This document shows positions 54,877-61,773 of a stretch of 64,000 bases of DNA, one piece after another. Below the pieces are notes generated by a model. It had not been told where the DNA came from. It saw nothing but the letters and a program-made list of their open reading frames with translations, and searched no databases. Origin of the DNA: Podarcis gaigeae (lineage: Eukaryota); the NCBI GenBank assembly GCA_964106915.2, contig OZ066914.1; one strand, written 5' to 3'. Position 1 is the first letter of the stretch. Each line of letters starts with the position of its first letter. A program made the translations under genes and the position numbers.

Positions 54877-55744
54877 TCCATGATTAGGAGCATTATTACA
54901 ATGAAATTCTGTTTTCCTTAAACAGCAAGCCAGTCTCTTTCTCCATCCATAAAGTATATATATTTAAGTCACATGGCTTACCAGTCAACGTGATGTCATT
55001 GGTTTTTCCGTTCTATGTTTGCTGTTGTCCACAGCTCTAATTGAAGAACCTCCAAAAGAGGTAGTGTTGAGAACAAGTGGTGATGCAAGCATGCAGGAAA
55101 GTTTCTCTTCGCAGTCATTTCAAATGTCCGCTTCTAAACAAGAAGCTTCGTTCAGCAGTAGCAGCATGAGTGAGATGAAATTTGCAAGCATGTCTGCCAA
55201 AAGCATGTCCTCCATGCAAGAATCCTTTGTAGAGATGAGTACCAGCAGTATAATGGGGAAATCTAGTCTGACCCAACTGGAGAGTTCTTCTAGTAGAATG
55301 ATTAAATCTGGTATGAGAGGTGAGCAATACTTATTATACGTAGAGTTAGAAAAACACCACAATATCCTAGATATGCAGAATTAGTCATTATAGTAGAACT
55401 TCAGTTTCCGCTAAGAACTAACTTGATTTCCCCCCCTCCCATTTTGCAAAGGAATACCACCCAAAATTGAAGCTCTTCCAAACGATATCTCCATTGAGGA
55501 AGGAAAGGTTCTCACCATATCCTGTGCCTTCACTGGTGAACCTACTCCTGACATAACATGGTCCTGCAAAGGGAAAAGCATTTCTAGTCAAGGTGGTAGA
55601 TTCCACGTTGAAACCAGTGAAGACTTAACCACTCTTATCATCATGGATGTTCAAAAGGACGACGGGGGACTTTATACACTGAATTTAGGAAATGATTTTG
55701 GCACTGACTCTGCCACTGTGAATATTAACATTCGATCAATTTAA
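108..55744 (+). CDS. TTN: Titin (connectin), 3' part of gene: 51 coding exons, A-band C-zone to M10; 5' part lies upstream of the window
   Basis: Ig/Fn3 11-domain super-repeats, titin kinase ([11 protein letters not shown]), KSP repeats, is7 and terminal M10 (...[11 protein letters not shown]). Exons join in frame at GT-AG sites. Confidence 0.99.
734..1033 (+). CDS. TTN: TTN exon, Fn3 (A49)
   Basis: ttttag|ATC...ATG|gtaagg; 300 nt. Confidence 0.93.
1149..1436 (+). CDS. TTN: TTN exon, Ig (A50)
   Basis: ctgcag|TAC...TAG|gtaggc; 288 nt. Confidence 0.92.
1530..1826 (+). CDS. TTN: TTN exon, Fn3 (A51)
   Basis: tcccag|ACA...ATG|gtaagc; 297 nt. Confidence 0.93.
1917..2219 (+). CDS. TTN: TTN exon, Fn3 (A52)
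   Basis: ttatag|ATG...AGT|gtaagt; 303 nt. Confidence 0.93.
2327..2632 (+). CDS. TTN: TTN exon, Fn3 (A53)
   Basis: tctcag|ATC...TAA|gtaagt; 306 nt. Confidence 0.93.
3413..3700 (+). CDS. TTN: TTN exon, Ig (A54, first domain of super-repeat C2)
   Basis: atgcag|TTC...TTG|gtaagt; 288 nt; ELDAELRK motif. Confidence 0.93.
3803..4093 (+). CDS. TTN: TTN exon, Fn3 (A55)
   Basis: gtacag|ATA...CTG|gtgaga; 291 nt. Confidence 0.93.
4201..4488 (+). CDS. TTN: TTN exon, Fn3 (A56)
   Basis: tgctag|AAA...TAG|gtgagt; 288 nt. Confidence 0.92.
4856..5218 (-). mobile_element. L2-type LINE 3' fragment with simple-repeat tail
   Basis: Minus-strand peptide [27 protein letters not shown]...RTLRSS is typical of the L2 ORF2 C-terminus; related copies at 26.0, 39.1, 58.8 and 62.7 kb. 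Confidence 0.8.
5251..5841 (+). CDS. TTN: TTN exon, Ig+Fn3 (A57-A58)
   Basis: ttccag|TGG...TTG|gtaagc; 591 nt. Confidence 0.93.
5928..6032 (+). CDS. TTN: TTN small exon, N-terminal third of Fn3 (A59); absent from the ORF track
   Basis: ttctag|ATG...CAG|gtattt; 105 nt encoding (D)[34 protein letters not shown]. Confidence 0.92.
6580..6777 (+). CDS. TTN: TTN exon, C-terminal part of Fn3 (A59)
   Basis: ttgtag|GTT...TTG|gtaagc; 198 nt (105+198=303, one domain). Confidence 0.92.
6868..7164 (+). CDS. TTN: TTN exon, Fn3 (A60)
   Basis: tttcag|ATC...ATG|gtacgt; 297 nt. Confidence 0.93.
7226..7577 (+). mobile_element. Sauria SINE, full length, 15-bp target-site duplication
   Basis: tRNA-derived head with B box GGTTCGAATCC (7291-7301), (ACCTTT)n-type tail, TSD TATCTTCTTTCCTAA at 7211-7225 and 7578-7592; second copy at 58071. 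Confidence 0.92.
7614..8201 (+). CDS. TTN: TTN exon, Ig+Fn3 (A61-A62)
   Basis: ttacag|AGG...TTG|gtaagc; 588 nt. Confidence 0.93.
8295..8597 (+). CDS. TTN: TTN exon, Fn3 (A63)
   Basis: ttttag|GGC...CAT|gttagt; 303 nt. Confidence 0.92.
8701..25803 (+). CDS. TTN: TTN giant A-band exon, 17,103 nt, 58 domains (A64-A121); orthologue of human exon 326
   Basis: ttatag|ATC...CAG|gtttgt; continuous ORF; super-repeat period of about 3,246 nt (first-Ig motif near 9018, 12270, 15516, 18758, 22008, 25245). Confidence 0.97.
26026..26151 (+). mobile_element. L2-type LINE extreme 3' fragment with (TATTAG)n tail
   Basis: Homologous to the reverse complement of 4915-4992 (ccctatttaggga...taatgtttaat...cagagtggctg). 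Confidence 0.6.
26286..26582 (+). CDS. TTN: TTN exon, Fn3 (A122)
   Basis: tttcag|AAA...TAG|gtatgt; 297 nt. Confidence 0.93.
26932..27519 (+). CDS. TTN: TTN exon, Ig+Fn3 (A123-A124)
   Basis: tttcag|AAT...ACA|gtaagt; 588 nt. Confidence 0.93.
27628..27930 (+). CDS. TTN: TTN exon, Fn3 (A125)
   Basis: atttag|CAC...GTG|gtatgt; 303 nt. Confidence 0.93.
28059..28355 (+). CDS. TTN: TTN exon, Fn3 (A126)
   Basis: ctgcag|AGC...ATG|gtaaga; 297 nt. Confidence 0.93.
28608..28895 (+). CDS. TTN: TTN exon, Ig (A127)
   Basis: attaag|GTG...TTG|gtatgt; 288 nt; AAG acceptor. Confidence 0.9.
28997..29296 (+). CDS. TTN: TTN exon, Fn3 (A128)
   Basis: aaacag|ATA...TTG|gtaagt; 300 nt. Confidence 0.92.
29401..29703 (+). 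CDS. TTN: TTN exon, Fn3 (A129)
   Basis: atgcag|TTA...TAG|gtaaga; 303 nt. Confidence 0.92.
29851..30156 (+). CDS. TTN: TTN exon, Fn3 (A130)
   Basis: ttgcag|AAA...TTG|gtatgt; 306 nt. Confidence 0.93.
30264..32030 (+). CDS. TTN: TTN exon, Ig-Fn-Fn-Ig-Fn-Fn (A131-A136)
   Basis: ttgcag|AGG...TAG|gtaagt; 1,767 nt. Confidence 0.94.
32129..32425 (+). CDS. TTN: TTN exon, Fn3 (A137)
   Basis: tttcag|ATC...CTG|gtaagc; 297 nt. Confidence 0.93.
32813..32861. repeat. (TG)n microsatellite, imperfect
   Basis: Direct reading. Confidence 0.95.
33082..33217. mobile_element. Palindromic non-autonomous hAT-type DNA transposon (MITE), 136 bp
   Basis: About 60-bp inverted arms (CAGACTTCCTCATCCT... / ...AGGTTGAGGAAGCCTG); perfect 8-bp TSD CACTTGAG at 33074-33081 and 33218-33225. 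Confidence 0.9.
33554..33841 (+). CDS. TTN: TTN exon, Ig (A138)
   Basis: ctttag|TTG...ACG|gtaact; 288 nt. Confidence 0.92.
33944..34243 (+). CDS. TTN: TTN exon, Fn3 (A139)
   Basis: ttacag|ATA...ATA|gtaagt; 300 nt. Confidence 0.91.
34333..36399 (+). CDS. TTN: TTN exon, 7 domains (A140-A146)
   Basis: ttacag|CTG...TTG|gtaagt; 2,067 nt. Confidence 0.94.
36517..36819 (+). CDS. TTN: TTN exon, Fn3 (A147)
   Basis: catcag|TCC...TTG|gtaagt; 303 nt. Confidence 0.93.
36909..37214 (+). CDS. TTN: TTN exon, Fn3 (A148)
   Basis: ttacag|ATC...ACT|gtaaga; 306 nt. Confidence 0.92.
37315..37605 (+). CDS. TTN: TTN exon, Ig (A149)
   Basis: tcatag|CAC...TTG|gtgagt; 291 nt. Confidence 0.93.
37726..38025 (+). CDS. 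TTN: TTN exon, Fn3 (A150, the human HMERF hotspot domain)
   Basis: caatag|ATT...TCA|gtaagt; 300 nt; DSPGPC...KCTLAW...NKYGPG. Confidence 0.92.
38149..38454 (+). CDS. TTN: TTN exon, Fn3 (A151)
   Basis: ttacag|CTA...CAT|gtaagt; 306 nt. Confidence 0.93.
38625..38962 (-). mobile_element. CR1 LINE 3' fragment
   Basis: Plus strand begins tagaatgatagaatcatagaa, the complement of the CR1 (ATTCTRTG)n terminal repeat, followed by the typical ggtcatctagtcca segment. Confidence 0.75.
39072..39273 (-). mobile_element. L2-type LINE 3' fragment
   Basis: Clear similarity to 4865-5062 (taccccgccc...cactctgggcggcttccaac...ctttgacatctg). Confidence 0.8.
39558..39863 (+). CDS. TTN: TTN exon, Fn3 (A152)
   Basis: ccaaag|ATA...TAG|gtaatg; 306 nt; AAG acceptor. 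Confidence 0.9.
39973..40254 (+). CDS. TTN: TTN exon, Ig (A153, start of super-repeat C11)
   Basis: ctatag|AAA...ATG|gtaagt; 282 nt. Confidence 0.92.
40449..41042 (+). CDS. TTN: TTN exon, 2 Fn3 (A154-A155)
   Basis: ccacag|ATA...AAG|gtaaga; 594 nt. Confidence 0.92.
41145..41432 (+). CDS. TTN: TTN exon, Ig (A156)
   Basis: ttttag|TTC...TGG|gtaaga; 288 nt. Confidence 0.9.
41554..41853 (+). CDS. TTN: TTN exon, Fn3 (A157)
   Basis: tcacag|ACA...TTA|gtaagt; 300 nt. Confidence 0.93.
42073..42375 (+). CDS. TTN: TTN exon, Fn3 (A158)
   Basis: ttgtag|GTG...TTG|gtaaat; 303 nt. Confidence 0.93.
42527..42829 (+). CDS. TTN: TTN exon, Fn3 (A159)
   Basis: tttcag|CTC...TTG|gtaaga; 303 nt. Confidence 0.93.
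42921..43505 (+). CDS. TTN: TTN exon, Ig+Fn3 (A160-A161)
   Basis: tcccag|AAA...TGA|gtaagt; 585 nt. Confidence 0.93.
43605..43838 (-). mobile_element. Degraded tRNA-derived (MIR/CORE-like) SINE interrupted by a short palindromic element (about 43675-43760)
   Basis: aacctgtgaggtagg...gagagagaatgactgcccaa...gtgagttcatgactga...tccaatactcttaactcctatgcca resembles the antisense of an amniote CORE-SINE; recognised from memory only. Confidence 0.5.
43876..44181 (+). CDS. TTN: TTN exon, Fn3 (A162)
   Basis: caacag|ATC...TTG|gtacgt; 306 nt. Confidence 0.93.
44280..44579 (+). CDS. TTN: TTN exon, Fn3 (A163); correct frame absent from the ORF track
   Basis: ttacag|ACA...CAT|gtacgt; 300 nt; [30 protein letters not shown]... 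Confidence 0.92.
44923..45498 (+). CDS. TTN: TTN exon, 2 Ig (A164-A165, P-zone)
   Basis: atatag|CTG...AAG|gtatgt; 576 nt. Confidence 0.93.
45582..45887 (+). CDS. TTN: TTN exon, Fn3 (A166)
   Basis: ttgtag|ATA...TTG|gtaagt; 306 nt. Confidence 0.93.
45982..46575 (+). CDS. TTN: TTN exon, Fn3+Ig (A167-A168)
   Basis: ttacag|AAA...AAG|gtaagt; 594 nt. Confidence 0.93.
48036..53989 (+). CDS. TTN: TTN fused M-line exon (Mex1+Mex3): A169, A170, titin kinase, M1-M6 with is1-is4, M8, first half of M9
   Basis: ctgcag|TTC...CCA|gtaagt; 5,954 nt open frame, phase 1-0. Confidence 0.95.
48725..49489 (+). other. TTN: Titin kinase catalytic core (CaMK/MLCK family, pseudokinase-type motifs)
   Basis: GRGQFG, TYLAK (K at 48812), HFDIRPEN (49079), EFG in place of DFG (49145), PEYYAPE, DMWSLG. 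Confidence 0.97.
52964..53032 (+). repeat. TTN: Four VKSP repeats of titin is4
   Basis: [23 protein letters not shown]. Confidence 0.93.
54084..54237 (+). CDS. TTN: TTN exon Mex4, second half of Ig M9
   Basis: catcag|ATT...TTC|gtaagt; 154 nt, phase 0-1. Confidence 0.94.
54840..54875. repeat. (TTA)n microsatellite
   Basis: Direct reading. Confidence 0.95.
55035..55319 (+). CDS. TTN: TTN exon Mex5 (is7, Ser/Met-rich; alternatively spliced and calpain-3-binding in mammals)
   Basis: ccacag|CTC...GAG|gtgagc; 285 nt; [20 protein letters not shown]... Confidence 0.93.
55452..55744 (+). CDS. TTN: TTN terminal exon Mex6, Ig M10 and stop; absent from the ORF track
   Basis: gcaaag|GAATA; [31 protein letters not shown]...[14 protein letters not shown]. 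Confidence 0.96.
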
Positions 55745-56760
55745 AAGCTTGATCTTTTTTTATTTTTTGGCACTTGACTTTTGGCAAGTGATTCATATGG
55801 ACTGAAATAATTGATCTGTAAATATATATTAAAAAAACTATTTTTGTACCTACCTGAACCAGACAAAGTCCAAGGATAGACGCTATGACTTATAGTCATT
55901 ATTATTTGACTTTAAAACAATTTTTCATTTGACATGTACATACTGTATATAGCCGCAAATAACGGTTATGGAGCTTTGTACCATTTATTTTATGACATTT
56001 TAAAATGTAACTTTTGGAACAAACCGTTGGTAGGAGAAAGTTTCTTAGGGAACGAATACCCTGCTCAACATTTAACTAATTTTTGTGCCTCAACAAAATG
56101 TTGATGTCTAAGAATGCCTCAACAGGTAGAGAGGCTCCCTGTTGATGACTTATTTTACCGACACCTAAGAGATGATGCTGTGCACGGTTTCATTATACGT
56201 GCACGAATTTATTTTGAATCAGAGACATAAGGCATTGGTGAGGTTTGCAAATACCCTCCTGTAAGCCACACTTTAATATCTTATGTTACATCTGATCAAC
56301 GTCAAAACTATATTTTGCTCATGACTGACTCGCAATACCTTGAACAAAGTGCAAGCGGCCAGCATTTTGTTCAGCACCTATCGTATTGTTTCTGACATGC
56401 CGACTACCCAAATAGCTTTCCAGTAAAGTAACATCACCTGGCCATCCCGTTAAAAAAAAAGCCATTTGGGTACTCGAGTGCAGAAACAGTACCAACTCTT
56501 GGAGGTTCCTAGGATGCAGTGATTGTGTGGTAGCAATTAGGATTTTGGCTTAGATACTGTCAACTGCAGGCAACTAAGATTTGAACCACAGTTTAAGAAA
56601 AGCTAAAACTGTTGTTATAACATCACATCTTGCCCTGAACTTAGAAAAAAAATGAATTAGTTTTATTTTATGTAGTAGTAAGTTGTTCGGTTAGCTGTTT
56701 TGTTGAACCTCCTCGAGATAGTATTGTTCATTTGAAATAAAGCATGCTACCTGCACCTCA
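55745..56760 (+). other. TTN: TTN 3'UTR (about 1 kb; end approximate)
   Basis: Lies between the stop codon and the AATAAA; U/GU-rich sequence follows. Confidence 0.75.
56736..56741 (+). terminator. TTN polyadenylation signal AATAAA
   Basis: First canonical hexamer I found after the stop, followed by tatgtttctggtccttgt (GU/U-rich downstream element). Confidence 0.8.
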
Positions 56761-58070
56761 TCAAGTCTATGTTTCTGGTCCTTGTATGCGCTTTCTTTAT
56801 TTTTGGATGCCTGCCTTAACCACATTCAGCCGCTGTCCATCTTAAGTCAGATTTCTCCCTGCTTATATTCACTCTTCACTACATCCAGCGAAAACTACAT
56901 CTCCTGAGATGCGCAGTATCCATTATTGGAATACATTTGGGGCAATTCCTAATTTATAATGACAAGAGAACAGGTCACATAGGTAGCACATTAGCAATAA
57001 AAGAAGAAGAGAAAGAAAGGGCTCGGCTTCACTAGAGGGATAAGGCCTCAAAGCCAATAGGCTGAGGTAAAAATGGTCATAAAAGTGGAAGGCATTGCCC
57101 AGGGGGGGAAGTGTGGTTTACAAGCGAAATATTATAACCTATAATGACTTCATTAATTTGTACCTTTAAAAAAAAAACTTATTAGGAGGCCCAGAAACCA
57201 AACGCCTAGGCCTGTCAGCACTTCTTGCCGTCCTCAGTCCCAGCCATGCACCAATGGAGGTGTTATGCTGTACTGAAGAGAGAATTAAATGCAGTAGTGT
57301 ATAAATGTTATGCAAAGTATAGATAATGATCCTCACAGGTGTAGATGTTCAGTTGTATTGTAGTGTTAATTCCTGAAGTACAATGAAATGGCAGGGCTGG
57401 GAAGGGAGAGGTAGCAAGAGAGTGGGGTCCCCTTTTGTCAGCTTCTACCCTACAAGCTTCAAGCTTCTATTTTCCTCAAATTCACCCCTCAGCTGATGGC
57501 TCAGCTGCTTAAACTCCCCTGGCAATAACTGTGAGTCGTTATGCAATGATGCCACCACTTAAAGCTATGCAAAAGAAAAAGATCCACAACAGCAAAATGC
57601 AGGAACGCAAATGAACAAACCACTCACTCCCACTCGGACCTTTCCTAGGAAGAGAACTGCTATTTTTACTCACTTGAATTACCAGATTATCTATAAAGAA
57701 GTTCCCCGTACCAAGTCTCATCCTTTATCTTTCAGTCTACTTTTTCACTACATTTCCAAGTACAATGGATTCATAAATCTGCCACCTACATAAAGATGGA
57801 TGGGCGATGCTTTCAAAGGGTCCTTGGCAGGGGATGCCGCCAGAAGCCAGAGATTTGGGTGTCCGTTTGGCTTTCAGGTGCCCCAGCAAATTTGAAAACT
57901 TAGGAACACAGGAAGCTGTCTTATAGCAGAGCAGAATGTTTGTCCATGTGGCCTAGTAGCACCTACACTAACTGGCAGCAGCTCTGCAGGATATCAGGCA
58001 GAGCTTTTTCACTTTGTCTATCTTCCTCCATTTCCCCATTCCTTTTAGCCTGCCCATACCCTTTCAGCTA

Positions 58071-58418
58071 GGGATGCGGGTGGCGCTGTGGTCTAAACCA
58101 CTGAGCCCAGGACTTGGCAATCGGAAGGTCGGCGGTTCAAATCCCCATGACAGGTGAGCTCCTGTCGTTCGGTCCTAGCTCCTGCCAACCTAGCAGTTCG
58201 AAAGCACATCAAAGTACAAGCAAATAAATAGGTACCACTCTGGCAGGAAGGTAAACGGTGTTTCTGTGCGCTGCTCTGGTTTGCCAGAAGCAGCTTAGTC
58301 ATGCTGACCACATGACCCGGAAGCTGTACAACAGCTCCCTCAGCCAATAAAGCGAGATGAGCGCCACAACCCCAGAGTCGTCCATGACTGGAGTTAATGG
58401 TCAGAGGTCCCTTTACCA
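58071..58418 (+). mobile_element. Sauria SINE, full length, older copy
   Basis: Co-linear with 7226-7577; B box decayed to GGTTCAAATCC; TSD TTTCAGCTA at 58062-58070 and 58419-58427. Confidence 0.92.
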
Positions 58419-58844
58419 TTTCAGCTACTTGAACATTGGAAATACGGTACTTTGGATCTCAGCTGGTGTTGACTGTCTATTGGGGCTTTGAGATGAATGT
58501 GAAATAAGTGGGTGGTGTGCCACTAGGATTTAATAACTCACTGGGGCAAAGGTAATGTGTCCAATAGGTCCAAGACTCCTTCCCCATGAGTCAGAGTCTA
58601 TGGGCAATATGAGAGCGATAGGGCACCATTTCATATTTTGATTCAGCTGCAAAATTGTCCTGATTCCAAATTTGAATATGGTGTCATTATTAGCACAGGC
58701 ATTAGCCGGGTGAAGCTGAGGCCCTCTAATTCCCCACCTCCCCCCAAAAGTGTTAGTTTATTTTGCTATCTTTCCTTTCCTACTCATCCCTTGTTCCAAA
58801 ATGCCACGTCATGTATTAGGAGCTGGCATGTGACTTTCAGATTA

Positions 58845-59306
58845 TGGCTATTTATTTTAATCTGTTTATTGAATTTATACACCACCCTATATCCTATATC
58901 CGGAGGTCTCAGGGTGGTTTGCAGAAAATCAAAATATAAAACCACAAAATATATAATCAAAATAAAAACAACCACCCAATAACCCCCCCCCCCAGAAAAA
59001 CCCCCACATTTGAAAAGGTCATAGAATGTCAATCAAATCAATTAAAGGCCTGGTTAAAAAGGAATGTTTTTGCATAGCGCCAAAAGGTGTATAATGAAGG
59101 TGCCAGGCGAACTTCCCTGGGGAGAGCATTCCACAGATGGGGAGCCACTGCAGAGAAGGCCCTGCTCTCGTGTTGCCACCCTCCGTTCCTCTTGAGGAGG
59201 AGCCACATGAAGGAGGGCCTCAAAAGATATCAGGGTCCAGGTAGGCTCATATAGAAAGAGGTGTTCCTTGAGGAATTGCATTCCTGAGCCGTTTAAGGCT
59301 TTATAA
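58845..59306 (-). mobile_element. L2-type LINE 3' fragment, different subfamily
   Basis: Frameshifted ORF2 C-terminus: YKALNGSGMQFLKEHL... and RAFSAVAPHLWNALPREVRLAPSL...KTFLFNQAF. Confidence 0.85.
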
Positions 59307-59793
59307 TCTGCTGCTTTTTCATAGCTCCACAAAATGCAATGAATCTGTACAAAATTGACAAGTCCATGATGATCACTGCGGCTCAAGTAGTAGTAGCAAG
59401 ACCTGGTGAACCAGAGCTGCCATGTCATGCCCTACAAACCATCAGCCAGAAGCTAGTGATATTTTAATTTATTTATTTGGTACAAGAGGCTGGACTAATT
59501 TTTTTTAAAAAAGGCCAAAGACACCATCCCTTTTAGGAGTCTGTGAAAATAGTAAACTCCAACAAACTTTATCTTATGTGTATATCAGTAGAAAAATAGT
59601 GCAGAAAAACAAAACAAAAACAAAAAAGAATGTTAGAAACTTGTGTACGGACTGTGAAGAAAATAAAACAGAAGGCCTGAAACACACACAGGTTCATACT
59701 GGAGTGAAGAGGCCAATAATGTAGTGTATCAGTGGATCTCAGTACTTTATATTAATCACAGCACCAACAATTTATTATAAGCATGCAGAAAGG

Positions 59794-59833
59794 CAGTCAG
59801 TCAGTCAGTCAGACAGATAGACAGACAGACAGA
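59794..59833. repeat. Compound (CAGT)n(CAGA)n microsatellite
   Basis: Direct reading. Confidence 0.85.
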
Positions 59834-60420
59834 AAGAGACACGTGAGAGAGATCTCTGAATGGAGCAGACAATATAATTGAATTTGGAGAAGAAAATGGA
59901 GGAAATGAAACACTCTGAATTTTAGCTGCTATATAATGATGGTGGGAAGCCTATCCAGACAATAATAAGCAAGGTTTCTGGCAGTAGTCAAGCTGTGAAA
60001 TAGCTATATGCAAGTTGGACTTGCAGCGAAGTTCTTGCTGCATATCGTCACCTTAAGGGTATGTTCCTGTTGGTTCCAGCCAGCCATGTCTTCCTGTGGG
60101 ATACTCCATTCTACCTTCTCCCCTGTATTCTTCTGTTCTTTCTTCCAAACTGGCACTCAATTGCGCATGCTCAATCTTCATTGGGACTTTTTTGTTGCTA
60201 CTTGCTTCGTTAATTTAAAAAAATGTGTGTTATTTTACTTCTGCGAGGGACAGAAGAGTGTGATTTCTCTCACCTTGCTGTGCATTACCTTTACACACAA
60301 TGAAGCCCCTCCAAGCAAGCCCTGTGACTACCAAATGAAAACACCCTAACAGGAACCAAATATAGCCGAAAAGATTTGACCAGAAAACAAAGTTGTGCAT
60401 GCCTGCGTGTAAAAACTGTA

Positions 60421-60426
60421 TTTATT
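60421..60426 (-). terminator. Candidate PLEKHA3 polyadenylation signal
   Basis: Minus-strand AATAAA followed by a U/GU-rich tract (ctttgttttctgg); other candidates at 59771 and 59468. Confidence 0.45.
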
Positions 60427-61730
60427 GACCACTTACATTTTAAAAGAAAGCTTCTTCTTTTTTTAACATTTTTTAAAAAGTGCTCCATGGCCAAGACATA
60501 ATATACCAAGTTTATCCCAAAGTGAATACAAAAACAAAGAATTTACATTTCAAAACACTAACAACTTTGGGCTCAATTTGTCAGAAATTTCTGTGCAAAC
60601 CTCGCTGAAATTTAAGCTGCATTTTCCACCTTCGCTTTTTGCAAGGACAGCCTGTGCAAGAAAGGTTTCTGACAAACTGGGCCCAAAATGTATGGTAGGT
60701 GGTGGCTAAGTTACATGGTCCATTCACAGGTTCAGAGCGTGTTTCTCGGCTCAATTAGAAATGAATTCGTATTTGTCATTCAAGTTAACTGAGAGGAGAA
60801 TATTGCTGTACAAGTATGCTCTTCTGAAGTTATTGGGCTCACAATGATAAAAGCCACCCTCCCCCTTTGGTATAAATAGATCATAAATAAATGTACAGCT
60901 GCAGCTATGAATACGTTACAACAGCATCTCAAGAGCATATTTTAGAAACTGGCGCTAAAATAACACTTTGGTAAAAAGACACATCAAGGATATCTTGCTG
61001 TTTAGCGAAAAGGAGGGGCAGAATTCAGCCAAAGTCAAGTATTTCTTAGTCCCATGTGCTTTACATACTCTTCAACTCAAATCAAGTGCACACTTTGGGT
61101 TGGATCATGTCCCACAATTTTTTAAAAAAACTGCTATTTAGTAATGGAACACACCTCAGCAACGATTAAGCACATCTCACCCCCCCCACCCCACCCCCAC
61201 TATTGACAAGGAGGCATTTTGTGGTGCAAAAAGGAATAAATACATCAAAACGTTAAAATACCTTTACCCCATGTATAATGCCTCGGAAATCAGATAATTT
61301 ATATGACTATTTAGAAAAATACTTCACATCTAACACTTTTTTTTTAATTGGCTAGACTTTGGGTGCAAGCCAGAGAAATGCAGGTGTTCTGAGTCCAAGA
61401 AAAGAAAAGGCACAGGAAAGGAATTTAAGAATTTAGAGCAAGATTCTGCCAAACCTAAGCATGCTAAAATCTCATTGGTTTCATTCTCATTAAAACCAAG
61501 AGGGCTTCAGAGGGCTTAATTTTGGCTGGAACATGCCCTGAGACTATACTCAAGTGTCACTAATTCCAACCAGACGGAAGAGATCCAAGTTGCAGAGATT
61601 GCCCTTATGTACACCACGGTTTTTAAGAAGGGGAAAATATTAAATTACCAATAAACCTTGTTTAAGGAATACCATCTCAATCTAAATGTGAGAAAAAGCA
61701 TCCCCTGGCAGGAAAGGTGCAACCACGAGC

Positions 61731-61773
<43 letters not shown>
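61731..61773. repeat. (AAT)n microsatellite
   Basis: Direct reading. Confidence 0.95.

Noticed and set aside
56086-56210. 3'UTR hairpins as a SECIS, IRE or pre-miRNA
   Set aside because: No in-frame TGA in the TTN exons seen, no CAGUGN loop, and stems too short for a pre-miRNA.
1-56760. TTN-AS1-like antisense lncRNA or the Cronos promoter
   Set aside because: A lncRNA cannot be supported from sequence alone; Cronos lies near the I/A junction, upstream of this window.
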